From Thermoanaerobaculia bacterium (GTDB taxonomy: Bacteria > Acidobacteriota > Thermoanaerobaculia > Gp7-AA8): a DNA stretch of 64,000 bases. Below, piece by piece: positions 58,091 to 64,000 of this stretch. The first letter of the stretch is position 1. The number at the start of each line of letters is the position of its first letter. A program made the position numbers and the translations under genes. Below the pieces are notes generated by a model, which did not search any database, was not told where the DNA came from, and saw only the letters and a program-made list of their open reading frames with translations. The stretch spans positions 10,178 through 74,177 of the forward strand of contig DASVQE010000106.1 in assembly GCA_036389275.1 (NCBI GenBank). Reading direction: 5' to 3'.

Positions 58091-59275
58091 TCAATTGGTT
58101 CCGGCATGCTCCGGGTCGCGAGCAACAGGAGTGCCACGCGCGAGCCGGCGCGAGGTGGTGACGAAGATCGGGATCGAGAGGCAGCCGATGGCCGCGGCGA
58201 AGAGGAACGCGTCGCGCAGTCCGTAGCGCTGGCCGATCGCGCCGATGGTCAGCGAGCCGAGGCCGATGCCGGTGTCGACGGCCCAGATCACGCTGCCGAA
58301 GGTGCGCCCGCGCGAGCGCGCCTCGGTGTTGGTGACGACGAAGGTCATGAAGGCCGGGAACGACGCGCCGATGCCGAGGCCGAAGAGGATGGCCGCGGCG
58401 ATCAGTTGCGTGCGCGTCTGGGCGAAGGCGAGCAGCGCGAAGGAGAGCGGCGTGGCGATGAAGGATGGGTAGAGGAGGACTTTCGGACCGAAGCGGTCGC
58501 CGAGGCGCGAGGTGAAGACGCGCACGACCACGATGGCGCCGGCGAAGACGGTGAAGAAAAGCGACTCCGGCGTGATGTGGCGCTCGCGCGCCAGAATGGC
58601 CACGTAGCTGGTGATGCCGCCGTAGCCGATGTTCAGGACCGCGAGCGCGAGCGTCGCCTTGACCACGGTCCAGTCCCAAAGCTCGGAGAGCGGCGGGAAT
58701 CCGCGGACCTGCTGCGGCTCGCTGATCACCGGAATGCGCACCGCCCAGAGCGCGGTGAGCGCGGACATCAGCGCGAGCTCCGCGCAGAGCACGAACCAGC
58801 CGTAGTGATGGACGAGCAGGCCGACGGCCGGAGCGATGCTGATGGCGCTGGTCGTGGCCAGACCCCAGTAGGCGAGTCCTTCGTTGCGCCGCGAGGCCGG
58901 GATGAAGTCGGTCATGATCGCGCTCGCCGACGCGAGGATCGACGACCAGATCGCGCCATGAATGACGGCGATCAGCAGCAACAGCGGCAGCCACGGGACC
59001 ACGCCGTAAGCGAGAGAGAAGAAGACGAAGAGGATGGAAGCGAGGATGAGCATGCGCTTCCGCCCGAAGTGGTCGGCGATCGTCCCCATCACCGGCGCCG
59101 CCGTCGCACTGGCCAGCGTGTACACGAACAGAAACGACCCCGCCGCCGCCTTCGACCCGCCCAGCTCCATGATCCGCAACGGAATCACCGGAAAGAGCTG
59201 AAACGCCGAGAAAAACGTCGCGAACTGAAACAACCAGAGCGTGACGAAACGGCGCGTAAAGAGCGGCTCGCGCAT
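58091..59275 (-). CDS. MFS transporter
   Basis: 12 predicted TM helices from internal ATG (MREPLFTRRFVTLWLFQFATFF); upstream part of ORF 58091..59497 derives from intergenic repeats and is rejected. Confidence 0.75.
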   Translation of the reverse strand: MREPLFTRRFVTLWLFQFATFFSAFQLFPVIPLRIMELGGSKAAAGSFLFVYTLASATAAPVMGTIADHFGRKRMLILASILFVFFSLAYGVVPWLPLLLLIAVIHGAIWSSILASASAIMTDFIPASRRNEGLAYWGLATTSAISIAPAVGLLVHHYGWFVLCAELALMSALTALWAVRIPVISEPQQVRGFPPLSELWDWTVVKATLALAVLNIGYGGITSYVAILARERHITPESLFFTVFAGAIVVVRVFTSRLGDRFGPKVLLYPSFIATPLSFALLAFAQTRTQLIAAAILFGLGIGASFPAFMTFVVTNTEARSRGRTFGSVIWAVDTGIGLGSLTIGAIGQRYGLRDAFLFAAAIGCLSIPIFVTTSRRLARGTPVARDPEHAGTN

Positions 59276-59304
59276 CGGCGCGGCATCATACGATGTGCCG
59301 ATGT

Positions 59305-59726
59305 CGCGCTGCGTGGCACGGGCACACCGTGAGGCCTCCGGCGGGCCGGCACGGCCGGCGGCGTCGGTCATGCAGCAAACGCGTTCGTGCCGAGACGCAT
59401 CCGTCCTGCCGGTGGCACGCGACGGTGCCGGCCATCCCGGCCCGCCGCAGACCTCGTGCGTCGAGTGCGCGAAGGCGGACAACGCAGCACGTGCCAATGA
59501 CGGCTGGCATCACGCGCCGAAAGGTCGCGGGCACGCAAACACTCTCGCCGAGCGCTGCGTCGCACACGCGCACCGAAAGACCTCCGGCGGACCGACACGG
59601 CCGGCAGCGTCACGTGCCACAGGCAGGACGGCTGCGTCTCGGATCGAGCGCATTCGCTGCATGACCGACGCCGCCGGCCGTGCCGGCCCGCCGGAGGCCT
59701 CACGGTGTGCACGTGCCACGCAGCGC
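59305..59726. repeat. cluster of four ~60-70-bp GC-rich intergenic repeats (R1 59305-59376 direct, R2 ~59413-59470 inverted/degenerate, R3 ~59553-59620 direct/degenerate, R4 59656-59726 inverted, near-identical to R1)
   Basis: R1 CGCGCTGCGTGGCACGGGCACACCGTGAGGCCTCCGGCGGGCCGGCACGGCCGGCGGCGTCGGTCATGCAGC; R4 is its reverse complement with 1-2 mismatches; each contains internal palindrome CCGGCGGGCCGG. Confidence 0.55.
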
Positions 59727-59770
59727 ACACGCAAGAATGTTGCGCCGCGCGCGAGCGTTTCGGGGACGGT

Positions 59771-60613
59771 ATGAAAGTCAAACGGGCGGCAAAGTATGGG
59801 TTCTGCTCGGGCGTGCGGATCGCCGATCTGAAGGTCAAGCGCTTCGCTGCCAAGGGTGGGCGTGGGGCCATCCTCGGGCAGGTCGTGCACAACGAGCGCG
59901 TGGTCGAGGAGATGGAGCGCCTCGGCGTGCGCACGGTGAACGAGATCACCGCGGTCGAGGAGCCGACCATCGTCTTCTCCGCGCACGGCGTGCCGCCGTC
60001 CTTTCACGAACGCGCCAAAGAGCGCGGCCTCGACGTCCTCGACACCACCTGCAAGTTCGTCTACGACATCCATCGCGAGTCGAAGCAGGCGCTCGCCGCC
60101 GGCGATCACCTCGTCTTCATCGGCGACCCGAAACATCGCGAGGTCATCGGCTACACCAACGATCTCGATCCGGCGAGCTATCACATCGTCTCGACGATGC
60201 AGGAGGCGGAGTCGATCGACTGGAGCGCCTATCCGTCGATCAAGATCTTCTACCAGACGACCCTCAACGCCGACGACTTCGAAGACGTGGTGCGCACCAT
60301 CGAGCGGCGCGCGGCGCGCGTCGAGCGCGGCGACACCATCTGCTACGCCACCAAAGAAAACCAGGACGCGGCCCGCGTACTCGCCCACGACCCCGAAATC
60401 GACCTCATCCTGGTGATCGGCGGCACGAAGAGCGCAAATACAAAACACCTGTGGGAGATCTGTCGCGAAACGAAGCCGGCCTATCTGGTTCAGGGTGCGG
60501 CCGACATCAACCCGGAGTGGCTGCGCGGCGCCGGGACGATCGGCCTCACGGCCGGCTCCTCGACGCCCGACTACGTCATCGACGAGGTCGAGCAGGCGCT
60601 CGCCACGCTGTGA
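59771..60613 (+). CDS. ispH: 4-hydroxy-3-methylbut-2-enyl diphosphate reductase
   Basis: N-terminal YGFCSGV cysteine motif, HNERVV, and conserved IspH/LytB blocks through C-terminal SSTPD. Confidence 0.85.
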   Translation: MKVKRAAKYGFCSGVRIADLKVKRFAAKGGRGAILGQVVHNERVVEEMERLGVRTVNEITAVEEPTIVFSAHGVPPSFHERAKERGLDVLDTTCKFVYDIHRESKQALAAGDHLVFIGDPKHREVIGYTNDLDPASYHIVSTMQEAESIDWSAYPSIKIFYQTTLNADDFEDVVRTIERRAARVERGDTICYATKENQDAARVLAHDPEIDLILVIGGTKSANTKHLWEICRETKPAYLVQGAADINPEWLRGAGTIGLTAGSSTPDYVIDEVEQALATL

Positions 60614-60650
60614 ATAACTATCCATCGTTCGTTGTTGATAGGCGACGACC

Positions 60651-61451
60651 ATGACCCTTTTCCGCAGAATCGCGACAGCCCTGCTGCTCACGCTCGTGAC
60701 CGCCTCCGGTTTCGCGACGGAGCTCAACTGCAGAGGCGCGAGCAATGTCGAGGAGTTCCGCTACTCCTGGCGGCTCCGCGGCGGGATCCGCTTTCTGGCC
60801 GGGATGATGTTCCCGACCTCGGGCGTCGGCAATCTGCGCACGGTCTATCCGAAAGCGGGTGAGGGCACGATCAACAGCGAGCTCCTCATTACCGCGCCGA
60901 CCGGCAAGAGCGGCGGGTTCTACGCGTACGAGTCGCAGATGGATCACGACGCCAGCCGCACGCTGATGACGTATCACGGCTACGCGTGGGGCGAGAAGGC
61001 GCGCAACGAGCGCACGGTGTTCGATTACGTGAAGGGTCTCGCGCGCATTCACAAGGTGACGACGGAGGAGACGGAGAATCGCGTCAAGAAGCTGCCGAGC
61101 GAGGATCAGCTCCGCGACGTGCTGACCGCGATTCAGTTCCTCCGGCAGAACGCGCAGACGATCCGCGGCCCGGTGACGACGAGCATCTACTCGGACGGCA
61201 AAGAGTACCCGGTCATCTTCCGGCCGGGCGAGCAGAAGGTGTTCGAGATGTCGGGCAAGCGCATCGCCGCGACGTCGTATCAGATCGTCGACGCGCCGGG
61301 CGGCAAGAAGTGGCCGGGCGGCGTGAAGGTGTGGCTCTCGAACGACGACCGCCGCATCCCGTTCCGCATCGAGATCCAACAGAGCGTCGCCACCATGCAG
61401 CTCGACCTCCAGTCGGTCGAAGCCTGCGCGTTCCTCGTCGCGACGAAGTAG
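60651..61451 (+). CDS. exported DUF3108-like protein
   Basis: Signal peptide MTLFRRIATALLLTLVTASGFA; beta-rich composition; family call from memory, low certainty. Confidence 0.45.
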   Translation: MTLFRRIATALLLTLVTASGFATELNCRGASNVEEFRYSWRLRGGIRFLAGMMFPTSGVGNLRTVYPKAGEGTINSELLITAPTGKSGGFYAYESQMDHDASRTLMTYHGYAWGEKARNERTVFDYVKGLARIHKVTTEETENRVKKLPSEDQLRDVLTAIQFLRQNAQTIRGPVTTSIYSDGKEYPVIFRPGEQKVFEMSGKRIAATSYQIVDAPGGKKWPGGVKVWLSNDDRRIPFRIEIQQSVATMQLDLQSVEACAFLVATK

Positions 61452-61469
61452 CGCTCTCGCGCGAAGGAG

Positions 61470-61886
61470 CTACGTCGCCATGTCGCGCGCCTCGGCCGGT
61501 GTGCCGAGGCCGCAGAAGAGGCCGACGATGTCGAGCAGTTCGGCGACGTGGAACGGCTTTTCGAGCACGACCGACGGATTGAGCTCCGCGTCGCTCGGCT
61601 CGAGCTTGTAGCCGGTGATGATCACCACCGGCGACTCCTTGCTCTTCGTGCGGAACCAGCGCAGCCATTGCCGGCCGTCCATGCGCGGCATGGAGAGGTC
61701 GAGGATCACGAGCTGGATGTCGGGATTCATCTCGACCAGTGGGATGGCCTGCTCGCCGTCGGCGGCGATCAGCACCTCGAACCCGTACGGAGTGAGGAGC
61801 TCTCGGTAGTAGCCCACGAGCCGTTCGTCGTCGTCGATCACGAGCAGCTTGCGGAGCTTGTACGGCGTCTTTCGGGCTCGAATCAC
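61470..61886 (-). CDS. single-domain response regulator (receiver), probable GTG start
   Basis: LLVIDDDERL, VILDLSMPRMDG, VIITG..., LEKPF; Arg-rich upstream portion of ORF 61470..62159 judged non-coding; GTG with GGGAG SD 8 nt upstream. Confidence 0.6.
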   Translation of the reverse strand: MIRARKTPYKLRKLLVIDDDERLVGYYRELLTPYGFEVLIAADGEQAIPLVEMNPDIQLVILDLSMPRMDGRQWLRWFRTKSKESPVVIITGYKLEPSDAELNPSVVLEKPFHVAELLDIVGLFCGLGTPAEARDMAT

Positions 61887-61950
61887 ATCACCACTCCCAC
61901 GTCGCGTATCCCGGCGTTCCGGTGCAAAGCGCGCACCATTGGCGTACCCG

Positions 61951-63036
61951 TCAGCGCGACTCGCGGAGCGGCGGCACGACGTCCGTCGGCACCGTCGCCT
62001 GGAGCGGCGCATTCTCGCGCGGCAGCAGCGTGAAACGGCTCGGGTCGTAACGCAGCGCGAGCAGTCGTCCCTTGTGGAGATTCGCCTCCGGCGGCAGTGC
62101 CACGCGCAGCGCCACGCCGCCGGTGAGGATGCCGCGCGCGATCCAGCGGCCGTCGGCAAAGCCCGCCTCTTCGACCCCGAACACGAAATCGGAATCTTCG
62201 CCCGGCGGCGTGATCGTGAAATCGGTGGGACGCACCAGCGCGATGCCGCTGCCCTGAAACGGCGGCGCGTCGAGCTCCCACGCGCCGATCACTGATTCGA
62301 CGAGCTTGCCGCGAATGGTGATCGGGACGACGTCGACGTCGCCGACTGCCGCCGCGGCCGCGTCGCTGGCCGGACGGGTGAAGAGCTCCGCCGCGCTGCC
62401 GCTCTGCACGATCGCGCCATCCTCGAGCACGACCACGCGGTCGGTGAACGGCAGCTCTTCGCGCGACGACAACGCGGAGATCACCGTCGCGCCGACCACG
62501 CGCAGCATGCGGTAGAGCGCGTCGGCGAGACGGGTGCGCTCCGACGCGGCCACGCGCTCGAGCAGGCGGTCGGCGACGACGATGCCGGGGCGCAGCAGCT
62601 CGATGCGCGCGATCTGCAGGCGCGCCTGTTCGGTCGACGACAGCGTGTCGATGCGGCGCTCGAGCAACGCGCCGAGGTCCCACTGCTCGATGGCCAGCGC
62701 ATACTCGCGATGGCGGTCTTCGCGGTCGAGCGTGCGCGCGCGCACCGCCGCCACGAGCGCGTGCTGCACGCTCCAGCGTCCCGATACTTCGAGCGCCGAA
62801 TTGATTGACAGCAATGGTCTGCGCGAAGGCTTGAGATCGTTGATCAGCCGCGCCCCGGCGATCACTTCGCCGCTGGCAGGACGGAGCGTGCCGTCGATGA
62901 GCCGCAGCAAGGTGGTCGTCCCGAGTCCGCTGACCGCGGTATGCGTGCTGCGCGCAAAGGTCACGTTCAACCCGCGCAGCGCAAACCCGCCGCGCGGATA
63001 GCGGAACGACACCTCACGCAGCGCGACATCGAGCAC
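61951..63036 (-). CDS. ABC-transporter ATPase-like protein with degenerate Walker A/signature motifs and C-terminal TOBE-like domain
   Basis: P-loop position reads SGLGTTTLL (no Lys), signature reads LSSTEQ (vs LSGGQ), Walker-B-like IVVADRLLE retained; C-terminal beta-rich TOBE-like region. Confidence 0.5.
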   Translation of the reverse strand: MLDVALREVSFRYPRGGFALRGLNVTFARSTHTAVSGLGTTTLLRLIDGTLRPASGEVIAGARLINDLKPSRRPLLSINSALEVSGRWSVQHALVAAVRARTLDREDRHREYALAIEQWDLGALLERRIDTLSSTEQARLQIARIELLRPGIVVADRLLERVAASERTRLADALYRMLRVVGATVISALSSREELPFTDRVVVLEDGAIVQSGSAAELFTRPASDAAAAAVGDVDVVPITIRGKLVESVIGAWELDAPPFQGSGIALVRPTDFTITPPGEDSDFVFGVEEAGFADGRWIARGILTGGVALRVALPPEANLHKGRLLALRYDPSRFTLLPRENAPLQATVPTDVVPPLRESR

Positions 63037-63077
63037 GCCGCGGATTGTAGCGGTCGTTCCGAGTTACGTCGCGACCG

Positions 63078-63542
63078 CTACGGCCGCGGCTTGCGACGCG
63101 GTGGCGGGCCGCCTCGCGGCGGGCCGGGGCGTCCGCGGTCGTGCTCGCGCATCTGCTCGAGGCGATCCCGCATCTGATTCCACTGCTGATTCGTCAGCAC
63201 GCCGCGCATGTCCACCAGCATCATCAACTCGCGCTCGAACAGCGTCGCGCGCGCATCGGAGAGCCGCGTGGCGATCCGTTGAATCTCCTGACGCCGCAGT
63301 TGGGAGCGGTCGATCTCGCCGCGCAGCGCCACCTGCAGCTTCTCGACCTCGGCCTTCGCGTCGATCAGCTCGTCCGCGGCGGCGCGGAACACCTCGTCGA
63401 GCCGCTCCTGCTGCTCGCCCGTGATCGCCAGCTCCTGCACGATCTCCGGACGCCGCCACCACTTGCCCGGCGGCAGCTCCTGCGCGTGTGCGATGACACT
63501 CGCGGCCAGCAGCGCTGCCGCGACGATGAGACGATTCCTCAA
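63078..63542 (-). CDS. periplasmic LTXXQ-motif protein (Spy/CpxP/ZraP-like stress chaperone), TTG start
   Basis: Signal peptide RNRLIVAAALLAASVIAHA; two LTXXQ-type motifs (ITGEQQ, LTNQQ); TTG with AAGGGAGA SD; stop/start coupling with upstream anti-sigma-like gene. Confidence 0.55.
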   Translation of the reverse strand: MRNRLIVAAALLAASVIAHAQELPPGKWWRRPEIVQELAITGEQQERLDEVFRAAADELIDAKAEVEKLQVALRGEIDRSQLRRQEIQRIATRLSDARATLFERELMMLVDMRGVLTNQQWNQMRDRLEQMREHDRGRPGPPRGGPPPRRKPRP

Positions 63543-64000
63543 GAGCGGTCTCCCTTGTTCTGCGTCGTGTCGACCCACGTTTCCCAGGCCACCATCGACT
63601 CGTAATCCTTCAGCTCCTCCGACTTCCACGGATCGGCCGGAACCGTTTCCTCGGACGACGTCGTCTTCGCCGGCGCGGCCGCCGTCTGCGTTACCGCGAC
63701 GCTCTGCGTCTTCGGCGCCTCGTCGATCTTCCACATCGTCACGCCGCCGACCACCACCGCGAAACAGGCCGCCGCGGCCATGCGATAGACGCGCGAGCCG
63801 GCGCGCTTCGCGTCGATCTTCCGCATCACGCCGATGCGTTGCCGCGACCAGAACGTCTCCGGCTTCTCATCGGAATGACAGGCGCTCATGCCGCGCAGCT
63901 TCCGCTCCAGCCGTTCGTAACGCGCTGCGCACTCGCTGCAATCGGCGAGATGCATCATCACCGGCAGCGACTCGCCCGGCTGCGTGTAGTACGTCTCGAG
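63539..64000 (-). CDS. zf-HC2 anti-sigma factor-like membrane protein (5' end probably beyond window)
   Basis: HLADCSEC (H-x3-C-x2-C), single TM MAAAACFAVVVGGVTMW, periplasmic Thr/Ala-rich tail; frame open to window end. Confidence 0.5.
   Translation of the reverse strand, partial: LETYYTQPGESLPVMMHLADCSECAARYERLERKLRGMSACHSDEKPETFWSRQRIGVMRKIDAKRAGSRVYRMAAAACFAVVVGGVTMWKIDEAPKTQSVAVTQTAAAPAKTTSSEETVPADPWKSEELKDYESMVAWETWVDTTQNKGDRS

Noticed and set aside
57937-58137. 66-aa minus ORF with C-terminal hydrophobic helix downstream of L,D-transpeptidase
   Set aside because: Overlaps the 3' end of the MFS transporter gene by up to 47 nt, no RBS evident; possibly a small membrane protein but not supportable.
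58091-59497. N-terminal 74 codons of the MFS ORF and N-termini of ORFs 59241..59774 and 59510..60745 showing repeated peptide strings (..HREASGGPARPAAS..)
   Set aside because: These repeated peptides are translations of the intergenic DNA repeats R1-R4 in either orientation, not protein repeats.

Overview
This is a high-GC (~68-70%) chromosomal window from an unidentified bacterium, possibly Acidobacteria-like, with dense, operon-like gene packing. The most notable region is 11.6-25.3 kb. It ends at an intact tRNA-Asp(GTC) and holds four direct copies of the tRNA-Asp 3' portion plus its hairpin terminator, nested as an outer pair (A/D) and an inner pair (B/C). These copies delimit modules that each encode a giant (~1100-1180 aa) helical-repeat protein: TPR + APH-like kinase, TPR + CHAT protease, and Zn-ribbon + TPR + CHAT. 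A DUF900 alpha/beta hydrolase sits next to the tRNA and a class-3 lipase at the far end. A ferredoxin-type gene remnant lies inside the region. Together this looks like a degraded tRNA-Asp-targeted island of effector- or defence-like giant proteins. The second candidate is a RiPP-like operon at 36.2-38.3 kb. It encodes a 56-aa Cys-containing precursor ending in Ser, a PqqD-like RRE, a radical SAM/SPASM enzyme and an HprK-related kinase. A lasso-type B2 transglutaminase-like gene and a PF14907-like nucleotidyltransferase sit 6 kb away, and there is no lasso cyclase. The third is an isoprenoid (carotenoid-like) operon at 2.9-10.3 kb that includes an FAD oxidoreductase with an inserted OmpA-like segment. 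Other features: tRNA-Val; a GIY-YIG gene bounded by perfect 25-bp inverted repeats; a cluster of four ~70-bp intergenic repeats upstream of ispH; a decayed ParE-type toxin/antitoxin pair; two GspE/PilB ATPases (one GAF-fused); and two membrane Ser/Thr kinases. Housekeeping genes include rmlC, rlmI, idi, ispH, an AI-2E transporter, an MFS transporter, a GH63 hydrolase, an L,D-transpeptidase, USP, GNAT, a LytTR/His-kinase pair and an anti-sigma/Spy-like pair. No CRISPR arrays or rRNA genes were seen. All calls rest on ORF translations, motif recognition and direct reading of the sequence; no database searches could be run.
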